Positions 1-12,115 of a DNA stretch of 64,000 nt are shown here, one piece after another. The DNA lies in NCBI GenBank assembly GCA_001643675.2, contig LSRY02000012.1, positions 1,116,001 through 1,180,000 on the forward strand, read 5' to 3'. This DNA comes from Monocercomonoides exilis PA203 (lineage: Eukaryota > Protista > Preaxostyla). The notes under the pieces were generated by a model. It ran no database searches, had not been told where the DNA came from, and saw only the letters and a list, made by a program, of their open reading frames with translations. The translations under genes and the position numbers were made by a program. The first letter of the stretch is position 1. Each line of letters starts with the position of its first letter.

Positions 1-169
1 ATTTTTTGATCATCAAAAAAACCAAGTATGATTTTCATTGTAGTTTCAAAGCGTAATTGTTATCTGTTTATTTAATTTTTATTGCTATACGTATTTTTAT
101 TATATCCATGATATTACAACGCAACAATCTGCTTATTTCATGCTTTGTTAACATATCGAAAATATCAAG

Positions 170-707
170 ATGCCAGTTACCATCCAAACAAGAAAGGTTC
201 TGAAGAACCCCCTGCTTCACCGCAAGCAAATGGTTTGAATCGCAATTTTCATATTTTGAGTCATTTATTTTCTTCTATACTTTGATATTTGATAATAATA
301 ATATCATTTTTTTAATATCAATTTTTTCACAAAAATTTTTGCGCAACCTTGATTAAAAGGTCGTTCATGTGCTCCACCCAGGACAAAAAGCTCTCTCTCG
401 CATTGAGCTCCGTAACAAACTTGCCAAAAACTTCAAAGTTAAGGATCCAGAATGCGTTATCACTTACGGACTGCGCACTGTTTTCGGAGGAGGGAAAACA
501 ACTGGATTTGCTCTCATTTATGATAAGAGAGAACACATGAGAAAAATTGAAATCCGTTATCGTAAGATCCGTCATTTGGTGGCAAAGGCTCCAAAGAAGA
601 AGACCGTCAGAAAGGCAAGAAAGGAGAGAAAGAACAAGGATAAGAAGAATAGAGGTGTGAAGAACCAGAAAGAACAAAAGGCTAAGCGTCGCCAGAAGAA
701 CCAATAA
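170..707 (+). CDS. RPS24: 40S ribosomal protein S24 (eS24); exons 170-232 and 360-707
   Basis: Exon 1 encodes MPVTIQTRKVLKNPLLHRKQM, followed by a GT-AG intron at 233-359. Exon 2 encodes VVHVLHPG...GLRTVFGGGKTTGFALIYD, the eS24 signature. Confidence 0.96.
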
Positions 708-1009
708 ACATTTCATTTCTTCTTTTAGCTATTTGGATGGTTAAGCGAAGAACATGCTAACTATGCTTTTGCAACTGTTAACTTTTTTAACATTGTTATT
801 AACTTTTAGAAGTGAAATTTAAAATAGCACATATATGAAATTGTTATAATTGGTTTAAAACGAGAAAAAAGCAAAATTATTTTGATCTTACCCTCAAATT
901 ATTTGATGAGATATACTTATAATTGCCATAATTATTTAAAATTTTTAATTCAAATTTTGCTATTATTTATCGTTTGAACGCAACACATCTTACATAAAAG
1001 TAAATAAGA

Positions 1010-1468
1010 ATGCCTCCTTCAAAGAAATCAAGACCATATAAAAAGCCAGATATTCAATGCCCAGAGATTATTGTTGATAAAAAACATGGAACAAAATATC
1101 GTCGTGGAGAAGTTCTTGGGCAAGGAGGGTTTTTATATCTTTTTAATGATTTCTTTGCTATTGATGCTTATTTTTAACAACTAAAATTTTAGCTTTGCAA
1201 AAGTATTTGAATTTATAAATTGCCAAACTTTTGAAACTTTTGCTGGAAAAGTTATTCCGAAAAGTTCAGTAATGGAAGAGAGAAAAAAGCAAAAACTGTT
1301 TTCAGAAATAAAAATTCAAAGCTCTTTACATCACGAAAGCATTGTCCAGATGGTTCATGCATTTGAAGATTCTCAAAATGTTTATCTTGTTTTGGAACTA
1401 TGCACAGACAAGGTCTGAAGAGAAAATGTTGAAATGATTTTGAAGATTTATTATAATTTGATTGCTAT

Positions 1469-1499
<31 letters not shown>

Positions 1500-4400
1500 G
1501 TTTTTAAAGTCTTTGATGGATATCGTTAGGAAAAAGAAACGCCTTTCAGAAGATGAAGCGAGATATTTCATGAAACAGATAATACCAGCAATACGTTATT
1601 GCCATGAACGAAATGTAATTCATAGAGATTTAAAATTAGGGAATATATTCATGGGAATTGGTAATAAATGCAAAGTCGGAGACTTTGGATTGGCTGCCCA
1701 TTTATCAGCAAGAAATGAAAGGAGGCACACAATATGTGGAACGCCAAATTATATTGCTCCAGAAGTGTTATACGGCGGGCAAAGCGGCCATTCTTTTGAG
1801 GTTGACATTTGGTCGTTGGGAGTTATTCTCTACACAATGCTCATTGGGAGAGCACCATTTGAGACAGCCCATGTGAAAGATACCTACAAACGAATCAAAG
1901 AAGCCGAATTTCACTTTCCTTCTTCTGTCATTTTGTCAGACGGAGCAAAGGCATTAATCAGATGGATGCTGGCGAAAGAGGCCCAAGACCGCCCGTCTCT
2001 GACAGAGATTATGGAGAGTGGCTGGATGTCTGGAGACCCCACATCAGCTTCAGCCTCTTCTTCCTCAAGAGCAAACGGTGGTTCTTCTTCTTCTTCTTCT
2101 TTGACATCCTCCTCTTCATCCTCCTCTCTGCAGCGTCCGTCTGTCCCACCGCTCCCCATCACCTCGGACACCATCCTCACCCGGATGCAGCAGAAAGACC
2201 CGTCGATGAAGGATCTGATCCAACTCAGCGACAGGCTCGCCCACAACGCTGCAGGCACCTCCAGTGCACTTCCACCTCACTCTCAAGCTGCACTGCAGAT
2301 GCTGCCAGCCCAGTCTTCTCTCTCTGCATCGTTCACTTCAGCTGCCCCGAAGCCCAACACTTCACATACAGAGCCACAGACGCCACGATCTTCTATGCCA
2401 CTGCCTTCCACCACACCGTCGTATATTCCGTTTGTGAGGCAGACAGATGCCATTCACACAACCCCTATCCCATCAACAGGGTCTGCTTATGCATCTGCCT
2501 CAACTCCTATCCAGGCTACGTATGTTCCTTCTTCTATTTCATCGTCTTCTTCTTCTTCTTCATCAAGCAATTCACACGCCAACCTCCCTCCTTCCACGCC
2601 CGCTTCCTTTGTGAACCCGTTTCCCAACAAAAGAGCGCATTCAGCGCCTCGCAAGGCCAGCTTGCCGCCAGTTCCCTTGCACTCCGACGACAGCCTCAGC
2701 AAATACAACAAGCACTACGCAGGCGCTTCATTGCCACACAAGAACACCACACCTGCCCGTGTCGGGTTTGTGATGCCTCCCTCAGATGCACTCAGAAGGT
2801 CTCTGTCGACTGAGCATCTGGAGCGGCAGATACTCGGCGGTGTGGGCGAAGACGGTTCGCTCTCCTTAGCTGAGGGCACAGTGGCGCCTGTGAGTGGCAT
2901 CGGAGCAGCGAGCATTGGATTGGGGATGGGGGGAAGGTCGAGTGTGTTTGTGTCTGGGGGAAGTGTGGTGAACAGGGCATTTATTGCATCACAACTGAGC
3001 AGAGATTCTGCACTGAGAGGGAGTGGGAACGGGAGTGGGTGGGTGTCTGTGGGGGAAGAAGGAGCGACAATCAGCGGGACGCCGAATGTATCGCATGTGG
3101 AGAGCGATATTCTGCCTTCGTTCACTCCACTGCCTCCGCCGGTTAGTGGAGACCCATTTAGACTGGATGGAGAAGAAGAAGAAGAAGGGAGAGGAGGAAG
3201 AGAAGAAGGAGAAGAAGGAGAAGAGAAGAGGATGAATGATTCAGAGGCTCGTCGGTTGCATCAAGCAGAGGAAGAGCAATTTGGAGCTGATCTGAATGAG
3301 ATGAGGAGAAATGAAGGCACAACAACACAGCCAGCACCATCAAGTGCTCGAATTACTTCACATTCAACAGATTCAGATGTGGCCACGCCTCGCTATAGCT
3401 CTTCAGGCAGACAGACACCCCGCTCGTTTTCTCCTTCGGCGAAGTTGTCAACTGCTCATTCACTCAACACAGCACAGGCACTCCACACTCCACGTTCTTC
3501 TTCTCTTTCTCTTTCTCCTTCCTCTCCTCCTCCTCCTTCTTCTTCACTTCCTGCACAAGATTCTGCTCGCTTGTCTTCGTCTTCTCGCTCACCTTCTCCT
3601 TCTTCTCGATATGCCTCGCCTTCACCACGATCTTCAATCACAGCTTCTTCTTCTTCTTCTCAACACAGCGAAATGGCTCAATCAGCACAGCCACACTCAA
3701 AAAGAGCCTCATCGCCAAGCGAAGAGCGAATCGGGATTGGCAGAAAAGGCCTTGCTTCGCCTAGAACGAATGCGTATTCATCAAATTCAGGTGCAGTTAC
3801 ACCCAGACAGAAAGTGATAAGAAGAAAACCACAACCACAATCACCTTCATCTCCACGCTCGAGATCTCTTTCACCTGGTTCGAGTCAGTTGCCTTCATCA
3901 TCATCATCATCTTCTTCTTCTGCTTCTTCTTCTGCTTCTTCTTCTGCTTCTTCTTCTGCTTCTACTCCTAACTCAGCAAAGCCTTCTTCTCCACAGCTCT
4001 TTTCGTATCGCCCGTATCAGTCATCGAAGATATATCGAGCGAAAAATCCCTCGTTGGCACACGAAGAGGCACCCACAACGCAGAAAAAGGAGCTTTTTGC
4101 AAAGAAAAACAACAAATTGAAATCCGAACAGGCAACACCAAAGACACAGAAAAGCAGTAGAAATGAAGAGAATCTTCTGAAATCTTCTTCTTCTTCTTCT
4201 TCTTCAATTTCTTCTTCTTCTTCTTCTGCTTCAACAACCCAACCACCATCAACCCCACTCACAGGGCGTAGCAAAGATTCCTTTGTGCATCCACCAACAG
4301 CTCTGTTCAAAAGAGTTGTCTCAACACCCCCCACTTTTGACTCAATGAAGGATTCTTTGCCGGCTCAGTCACATCCTTCGCCTCGCACTACACCTCGTAT

Positions 4401-6573
4401 GTCTACACGCAATGATGGAATTTCTTCTTCTTCTTCTTCTTCGAACACTTCAAAGCGATCATCGTCTCCTTCTCGCTCCGTTTCTCCCTCTCGTTCTCCT
4501 TCTCCTTCTTCTTCTCTTTCTCCTTCTCCTTCTCCTTCCTATTCAGCCGCTACAGCCACTCCATCATCATCATCATCATCTTCTTCTTCTGCTCGCAATT
4601 CCTCACCCGGAAAGCTCAAATCTTCCAAGGGGCGCGCTCAAACGCCTCCTCAACGCTTTTCTCTGCGTCCTGCCTCGACACCTGCACAGCCCCTGGTGCT
4701 TCCTTCTCAGAGAACAGGAGCTGCAATGAATGAGAAGCAAAAGAAGCAGCAGAAACTGAGTCAGAACGATAAGCAGACTAATAAACAGAGCCAGAAACAG
4801 AGCCAGATGCAACTTCAGAGGGAAACACAAGCACAATTGAAGAGAATAAGACCTTCTCTGCTGCATCCTTCTCTTGTTGCCTATCAACAGAGCCACGTTC
4901 CTCTGCCTGTCGTCACCAGCATCGAAAACACAGACTTCATCGACTGCCTCCTCTCTCATTTGTCTTCTTCTCTGAAAAACCCTTCTGCATTCGCGTCCCC
5001 TCCCTCTGTGTGTATTGCTTCTCCCTTGACGTTTTCTATGTTTTATTCGACAATTCCACAAGATGCTGTGTTAAGCTCTTTGGGGGAATCAGGTTTCTCA
5101 TCGCCTTCTTCACTTTCATCATCATCATCTTCTTCTTCTCCTTATTCTTCTATTCCCATCAGTTATGCCTCGGCTGATCAACCTCTTCCATCTCCTTCTC
5201 GCTTACACTCGTGGGTGGACTACAGCAACAAGTACGGAATGGGCTACCAGTTTGTGACAGGCACTATTGGCACGCTGTTCAATGACAATACGTCGCTTGT
5301 GGCTGATCCGTATCAGAGGTGCAGAGGAAGATACAATGAGACATTCAAAGAGAAAGAGAGAGAAAGAGAGCGAGCTTCGGGAAGAAGGAAAGAAGGAGGA
5401 AACGAAGACAAGCTTTACTTTGAGTATTTCCTGAAGAAAGAGAAAGTGCAAAGGGAGCAGACGCCGCCGCTTGTGAAGAAACCTTCTTTTCCTTCAGCTT
5501 TTGCAGAGGTGTCTTCACACACGACAGAATGTGTGCTTCCGGAGCTGTCAAAGAAAGTGCATATATTTGAGAGCATCCAGGACTATATCACAGGAGGAGA
5601 GAATCCGCTGAGGGGAAGAGAGGAGAGGAGAAAGGGGAAAGAAGAAGAAGAAGAAGAAGATGATGATGATGAGGAGGAGGAGGAAGACGAAGAAGATGAG
5701 GAAGATAACGAAGATTTCGATGATGAAACAAACGAAGGTGATGACAGTGAACGAAGAAGAGGCAGAAGAGGAGGAAGCGCACACAGAAGAAGCAGCAGCA
5801 GCCGGTGTCTTGAGCCGAAGAACCAGCGGAACTCAGCCTTCCCTCTGCTGCATGTGGTGAAGTGGACACGCTCCGCACACGGCATCCTCTTCTTCCACAG
5901 CAACGGCTCTCTCCAGGCAAACTTCACAGACCACACTAAGATTGTCATATCACTCCCGATCCCTCATCCATATGTGTTCAATACTACTTCTGCATCAACC
6001 TCTTCCTCTCCATCTATGGCTCCTCCGCCTTTCCTTTCGTCTTCTGTTCCTCAGATGAGCTTGTTCGATCCGTTCCCAACACTCACTTTCTCTCCTTCTT
6101 ATTCGCCTTCTTCTTCTTCTTCTTCTTCTTCTTCTTCTTCTTCTTCTTCTTCTTCTTCTTCTCCTTCTTCTTCTTCTTCCTCTCTTCTTTCTCACATCCC
6201 ACCGATTCCATCTAAGCCACTCCCAGCTGTCTGCACATTCATCAACAAAGAGCAGAAGGAGACGACGCTGTTCATAGGGGAGATGCTGCAGACACAGCCA
6301 GCCGGGTTCAGAAAGCGGATTTCGTATCTTGTTTCGCTGCTGGAAAAGATGAGGTCGAAATATGGCTCTTCTTCGCTTTCTTCCTCTTCAGCTGAGCAGA
6401 CAGAAACCACACAGCATCAGGAATATGCAGAGCCCAAGCAGAATGCTGCACGACATGACAGGAGAGAGAATGATAATATCAGTCAGGGATATGGATCACG
6501 CAATTCAGAAAGGATAACCTCTCCGCAACCACAGCCTCGCATGGAAAAAAGGAGAGGACTAATAAAAACTTGA
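1010..6573 (+). CDS. PLK: Polo-like kinase; exons 1010-1128, 1193-1412, 1510-6573; very long Ser/Pro-rich linker and C-terminal polo boxes
   Basis: Splicing rebuilds LGQGGFAKV...FAGK. Also present: HRDLKLGN, GDFGLA, TICGTPNYIAPE and GHSFEVDIWSLG. Polo box 1 is WVDYSNKYGMGY..GTLFND and polo box 2 is VVKWTRS..SNGSLQANFTDHTK. Confidence 0.95.
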
Positions 6574-6906
6574 AGTTGAAAGAAATGATAATTCCAAAAA
6601 AAAAAAAAAAATATGCATCAAAAATTGTACGATTTCTTTTTCATTTAAATTGTTATTTTCTTTTTATCATTTTGACTTTGTTTATGTGATCCAAAAATTT
6701 TGAAATTTGCAATTGAAAAAGGAATGGTTTTGATCTTCGTTCAAACTTTTTCTGGTGCCTTTTAATTGAATTATTGTTTGATTTCATTTATGAATGTAAT
6801 AATTAATTACTTATCTATTTCTTACACGAATCCATTTCATTTTTGAATCATGAAACTCCTTCAAATAATTTTAGGTAATTAAATAATTTGAAATCTTAAA
6901 AGCTTA

Positions 6907-9900
6907 ATGGCAACAATTGCAACTTTTGAAGAAATACCAGAAGAAGAAAAGGTACAAGCAGATCCATCTGTTCGAGAATTATATCGTGAACTCGAACTCC
7001 TAAAGAAAGAAAATTTTGACTTAAAATTAAGATTGTTTTACATGGGAGAAGGTCGTGAAATAGATCAAGATGATGCTCTTGCGGAATTGGAAGATAGAGC
7101 CAGAGAAAAAGAAATTTTGTTGATGTCAGAAAAGGAGAAGCGTGAAAAAGCAGAAATGGATTTAGTGAATTTAAAAAAAGAAATGGAGAAACTGAAAGAA
7201 GATGTGAATGCAATGAAATCCAGTGACAAAGGGCTTGAAACGATTCCAGAGGGAAATTCTGTCATTATCGGAGAAGATTACGAACGTATTGCAGAATTGG
7301 AGAAGGAGATACAAAGACTCCAAAATGAAAATAAACTTTTAAGAGAAGAGATTGAAGAACTAAGAAAAAGCAAAGATTTACCAATGGACATGGAGCCAAC
7401 GTTTCTTGATTATGAAGATGAAGAAGAAAAAAAGGCAAAGGAAAAGGAATTTCAAGAAAAAGCTGAACAGTGTGAACAGTTATCTGCAGAAAAAGCATCT
7501 TTAGAGAGTCAGCTAAAAGATTTAAATTTAAAGCTTGAGCAACAATTGCAGAAATGCGAAAAGCTTGAACAAGAAAAGGTGCTTGAGCAAAAGCTAAGAG
7601 ATGAAATTGATCAGCAGCTCAATGAATTATCAAAGGAAAAAGAAAAACTTGAAGAACAATTGCAACTTCTGAAAGAAGCCCAAGAATCTCAAAGAGAACA
7701 ATCATCTGCAAACGAATTAAAAAGCGAAAATACCTCTATCAACGAAAATGACTTTGACGAAAACCGCGAGATGGAAGATAACGAGTCGAAAAAGAAAATG
7801 ATAGAAATGGAAAAAGAAAATGAAGAACTGAAAAGGCAAATAGAGGATATGCAAACACAATTTGAAAATTCATTGAAAGAAGCAATGACAAAACTGGACG
7901 AAGCGCAGAGCAAGCAGTTGGAAGCAGAAAAGCAGCAACAAATATTGGAAGATGATCTGTCCGAAGAAAGGAAAAAGAGAAAGAATGAAAAACAGCAAAG
8001 CAAAGAACAGTTGGAGGATGAGCAGAAGAGGCTCCAAGATTTGAAAGCTGAAAACAAAAAGTTAAATGATAAGCTTCGTGCTGTCGAAGCTGAACTTGAG
8101 GAGGAATTGAAGGAAAAAACTCGCTTCTCAACAACAGAAAAAGAAGTGACAAGACAAAAAGCAAAAGAAAAAGAGCTTGAAAGGGCTTTGGAAGAATCAG
8201 AGCTGAAGCGAAGAGAAATCGAACGTATTTTGATGAAAGAAAGAGAGGATCTGAGAAAAGCGGAAGAAACACACAAAGAGGATATGGATGAGCTGGAGAG
8301 AAAGATCAAAGCCCTGAAAGAAGAATTAGAAGAGGAAAAAATGAATAGCGAATCAAAAGATAGAGAACAAGACAACACGAAAAAGAGATGGAAGGACAAA
8401 GAAGCCGCGCTTGTGAAGGAGCGAGACGAGCTGAAAAAGCAGCAGAGAGAAGTGAATGCATCGCTACGCGAAGCTCAGCGCAAAATCGAAGAATTGGAAG
8501 AAGAAAGGGAAGAAGAAGAAAAAGAAAAGCAGATTCTTGAGAATAACCTGAAAGAGTTGAGAGAGATACAAGAAAAGCAGCAGATGGAGCTGTTGGAAAA
8601 GGGAAACACGGAAAAACTGAAGAAAAACATCGAAAAGCTCAGAAACCAGATCGAAGAAGAGGAAGAGAAACGGCGAAAAGCAGAAAAGGACATTGAAATC
8701 AAAGCAAAAGCACTGGAAGAAGAGGCAAAGAAAAACAAAAAGCTTGCTGAGTTGAACGAAGCGCTTGAAGACGACCTGAAAGAAGAGGTGCTTCGAAGAA
8801 AGACAGCCGAGAAAGAGGCAGAGCAGCATTCCATCGACAATGAGAATAGCAAAGAGGAAAAGAAAGCACTGGAACGTGAAAAGCAGTTGCTTGCAGAAGA
8901 ACTAGAAAAAGTCAAAAAACAAATAAAGATTGAAGAAATGAAGCAAAAAGAACAGATGGACATGATTAAAGATCTGAAAAATGTGATGAAGGAAAAAGAG
9001 AAGGAAATAGCTGAGCTTAAATCAGAGCTTGAAAGGGTTAAATTGGAAAGCGAACAACCTTCCAAAAACATTACAGCCATCTTTGAAGAGAACAACAAAC
9101 TGAGGGAAACCATTCAAGAAATGAAGGAGACTATTCAGAAGAATGAAAAGCAACTGGAGATTGATAATGAATTGTTGGCAGCAAATGCGAGTGATGCTGA
9201 ACATTTGAAGGAAGTTGAGAGAGAGCTGAATGAGTTCAAAGAGCTTGTGGCAAAATTGAAGGAAGAAAAAGAAAGTCTTGAGAATACAATGAAAAGGAAA
9301 GAAGAACAAATAAGCGGCGAGCTTAAGAAGCGAAACGAGGAGCTGTCGAAAGAGCTTGCAAATGCAGAAAAGCAGCTGGAAGAAATGAACGAACGCTTCA
9401 GCAAGTCAAATGCAGAAAAGGAATTATTGAAAGAGGAAACATCGAGGCTGATGAAGTCGATGGATGAAGTGGAAGAGGAGAATAGAAAATTAGAAATTGA
9501 AAATGAAACAGAGAGAAAGAAGCTCAAAGATGTGGAATATGACTTGAAAGCGAGTAACGAACAGCTACAGCAAATACAGCAAGACCTTCAATCCAACACG
9601 AAAAAGTCAGAGATGAAAGATAAGCTGCAGACTGAAATTATTGAGGAAGAGAGGAAACGAAGAGAGAAAGCTGAGCGAGAAAACGAAAAGCTGAAGAAAG
9701 AGCAAGGAAGGATGAAGGAAGAAGTGGAGAGAGCCCAGCGGGAGCTGCGAATTGCTGAAAGCCGAAGAGAAAGAGAGGCTTCCAGTGAAAATGAAGACGA
9801 AGAAAAGAAAGAGCTGATGAGACGGGAGATGCTGTTGACAAGTGAGGTGAATGAAAAAGCACAGCAGCTCGGCAAATTGAAGGAAGAGAAGGACAAAGCA

Positions 9901-11868
9901 GTGGAAGAGAAAGAAGAACTGGCTGATAAAATCGATGCACTGCAAAAGGAACTCACACAACTTAGACTGACGTTGAACGAAGAACAACAATGGCGTATGG
10001 AAAAGGAGGAAGAAGGCGAAAGAGCAAAAGAGGAAAATGAGCAGAGTCTGAACGAATTGCAGAAAGAGATTGAGAAAGAAAAGGAAAAACTGAAAGAAAA
10101 AGAAAAGCATCTTATGGCTGAATTGGCAGAAGAGAAAAAGAGAAGAGAGGAAGCAGAAGAAAAGCTGAGAATGATTGAAAAGCAGATCAAAGAGAAAAAA
10201 GAAGAGAACGACGTAATGTCGACTCCTTCGCGCTCATTGGCATTGTCTCGAATGGACAAGGAAAAGACTCCTGAAACTCCATCTTTTTCATTAAACAGCA
10301 CGGCAAAATCAGCAGATAATACCCCAATGACACAAAAGCGCAACAAGAGCAAAGCAAAACAAAGTTCAGAAGGAAAAGAAAATGCAAAATCTGATAAAAA
10401 GAGTCAGAAGGAAAGTGCAAAGCCGAAAGATAAACTCGAAGACACCGTGAAACAGTCAGATAAAAAAGGAAAAGCAAAGTCCCCCTCAAAAACAAGGGAA
10501 GAGAATAAGTCACATCGCTCCAAAGATGAAAAGAGCAAAAAATCTCCTTCAAAAGATCATAGAAAGCATCAATCTTCCACTCGACACCATCGACGTTCGA
10601 CATCAACATCGGCATCATCTTCATCATCTCCTTCACCGCTTCGCTATGATTCTTCAGTTGACTCGTCTACATCTTCATCATCGTCTTCCTCCTCCTCGTC
10701 TTCATCGTCAACATCATCTTCTTCTTCCTCAGACACATCTTCATCTAATCGTCACAGAAGGCACCGCAACAAGCACAGAAGTTCGCACCGCTCCAAACAC
10801 CCCCGCAACACACATCACTCTTCGAAGCACCATTCCTCACTTCGTAAGCAGCAAAGCATTCCTGAAGCACAAACTGCTCCGCTTCCCACTGCTTCCAATT
10901 CACTTCAATTTCCTGCCTCGTCTTCGTCTTACACGCAGCCTCTGATGCAAAGCTCCTATCTTTCAGGACAGTCAGCCACTGGTGCTGCTGCTTCTGCTGC
11001 TCAGCCACTGCAAATATCAGTTCCTCATCTCTCAGCCTCCGTTGGGCCATCATTTATGCCTGCTGCACCAGCCGCTGCTTCTGCTTCTTCATCTGCTCCT
11101 TCAGCATCGGCTCATCCACTTTCACCGACTGATCCATACGCCTCGTTGTTTGATGACTTAAAGAGAAGAAATCAACTTTTGATAAGTTCAACGCTTGGCC
11201 CACAGGCAGCTGTTCATGAAAGTGTTGCGCCTTCTTATGGACAAATACCAGCATCAACAGATATGTCGCGCATGACAGTTCCTCCTGTCTCTCCTTCAGC
11301 TGTTTCTGCTGTTCCTTTGTCTCCTTCTTCAATGGCAGGAGGCTCCATGCCAACCTCACAGCAGCTCATCAAGAAGCTGCACAAAATGAAAGGGCAATTG
11401 GATCGGCAGCAAGATGAGACGGAAAGATGGAAGCGAAAATCAGAGATGCTTGAGATGAGGGTGCTTGAGGATGTGGCGAAGCGAGGAATGAGGGAAGACG
11501 ATTCAGAAAAGCAAAGAGATAGAGCTGCCCAGTTCAAAGGAAAAGACACCCTGAATGCATCAACGCTGCCTTCGATGCACTCTTCGATGAGACAGCCTGC
11601 ATCAAACTTGTCCTCCTATGATCGCCATCAACAGCAGCTGTCAGGCACACGCTCTTCTGCAGCACCCCAATCTGCATTGCTGTCATCTTCAACATCTTCT
11701 TCATCAACACAAGCAGGAAAGTCTTCTTCAACACCTTTGGCTGTTAATCGTGCACCACTCCGACGAATGATCATACTCGACCAGCCAACACCCACACTTC
11801 ACCCCACTTATGTTGCTCACCACTCCACACCCCATCCTCGCGCTGCTCAATCAGCAGGGTCACAGTAG
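6907..11868 (+). CDS. Centrosomin/CDK5RAP2/Mto1-like coiled-coil protein with N-terminal CM1 (Cnn_1N, gamma-tubulin activator) motif
   Basis: Intronless 1653-aa ORF. Residues 21-46, SVRELYRELELLKKENFDLKLRLFYM, match the CM1 core LKKENFxLKLRIYFL. About 1050 aa of E/K-rich heptads follow, then a Ser-rich tail. Confidence 0.78.
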   Translation: MATIATFEEIPEEEKVQADPSVRELYRELELLKKENFDLKLRLFYMGEGREIDQDDALAELEDRAREKEILLMSEKEKREKAEMDLVNLKKEMEKLKEDVNAMKSSDKGLETIPEGNSVIIGEDYERIAELEKEIQRLQNENKLLREEIEELRKSKDLPMDMEPTFLDYEDEEEKKAKEKEFQEKAEQCEQLSAEKASLESQLKDLNLKLEQQLQKCEKLEQEKVLEQKLRDEIDQQLNELSKEKEKLEEQLQLLKEAQESQREQSSANELKSENTSINENDFDENREMEDNESKKKMIEMEKENEELKRQIEDMQTQFENSLKEAMTKLDEAQSKQLEAEKQQQILEDDLSEERKKRKNEKQQSKEQLEDEQKRLQDLKAENKKLNDKLRAVEAELEEELKEKTRFSTTEKEVTRQKAKEKELERALEESELKRREIERILMKEREDLRKAEETHKEDMDELERKIKALKEELEEEKMNSESKDREQDNTKKRWKDKEAALVKERDELKKQQREVNASLREAQRKIEELEEEREEEEKEKQILENNLKELREIQEKQQMELLEKGNTEKLKKNIEKLRNQIEEEEEKRRKAEKDIEIKAKALEEEAKKNKKLAELNEALEDDLKEEVLRRKTAEKEAEQHSIDNENSKEEKKALEREKQLLAEELEKVKKQIKIEEMKQKEQMDMIKDLKNVMKEKEKEIAELKSELERVKLESEQPSKNITAIFEENNKLRETIQEMKETIQKNEKQLEIDNELLAANASDAEHLKEVERELNEFKELVAKLKEEKESLENTMKRKEEQISGELKKRNEELSKELANAEKQLEEMNERFSKSNAEKELLKEETSRLMKSMDEVEEENRKLEIENETERKKLKDVEYDLKASNEQLQQIQQDLQSNTKKSEMKDKLQTEIIEEERKRREKAERENEKLKKEQGRMKEEVERAQRELRIAESRREREASSENEDEEKKELMRREMLLTSEVNEKAQQLGKLKEEKDKAVEEKEELADKIDALQKELTQLRLTLNEEQQWRMEKEEEGERAKEENEQSLNELQKEIEKEKEKLKEKEKHLMAELAEEKKRREEAEEKLRMIEKQIKEKKEENDVMSTPSRSLALSRMDKEKTPETPSFSLNSTAKSADNTPMTQKRNKSKAKQSSEGKENAKSDKKSQKESAKPKDKLEDTVKQSDKKGKAKSPSKTREENKSHRSKDEKSKKSPSKDHRKHQSSTRHHRRSTSTSASSSSSPSPLRYDSSVDSSTSSSSSSSSSSSSSTSSSSSSDTSSSNRHRRHRNKHRSSHRSKHPRNTHHSSKHHSSLRKQQSIPEAQTAPLPTASNSLQFPASSSSYTQPLMQSSYLSGQSATGAAASAAQPLQISVPHLSASVGPSFMPAAPAAASASSSAPSASAHPLSPTDPYASLFDDLKRRNQLLISSTLGPQAAVHESVAPSYGQIPASTDMSRMTVPPVSPSAVSAVPLSPSSMAGGSMPTSQQLIKKLHKMKGQLDRQQDETERWKRKSEMLEMRVLEDVAKRGMREDDSEKQRDRAAQFKGKDTLNASTLPSMHSSMRQPASNLSSYDRHQQQLSGTRSSAAPQSALLSSSTSSSSTQAGKSSSTPLAVNRAPLRRMIILDQPTPTLHPTYVAHHSTPHPRAAQSAGSQ

Positions 11869-12115
11869 AATTACACACTTCAGCACTTTTTTTTTTTATT
11901 TTTTTTATATCTTTTTTCACTTCTCAGAATTTCTTTTCTTGTTGTAATCTTTTGTACTTTTCAATCAACTTTCAATTCGATATGTGATGCATTTTCTATT
12001 TTTGAAAAAAAAATGTTTTTGTAACAAATTAAAATGTGTTTTCTGTTTAACAAATTAAAAATTGAAATTTTTATTTGATTTAATTAAAAAAAAAAAATAA
12101 ACCAGATTTGAGAAG

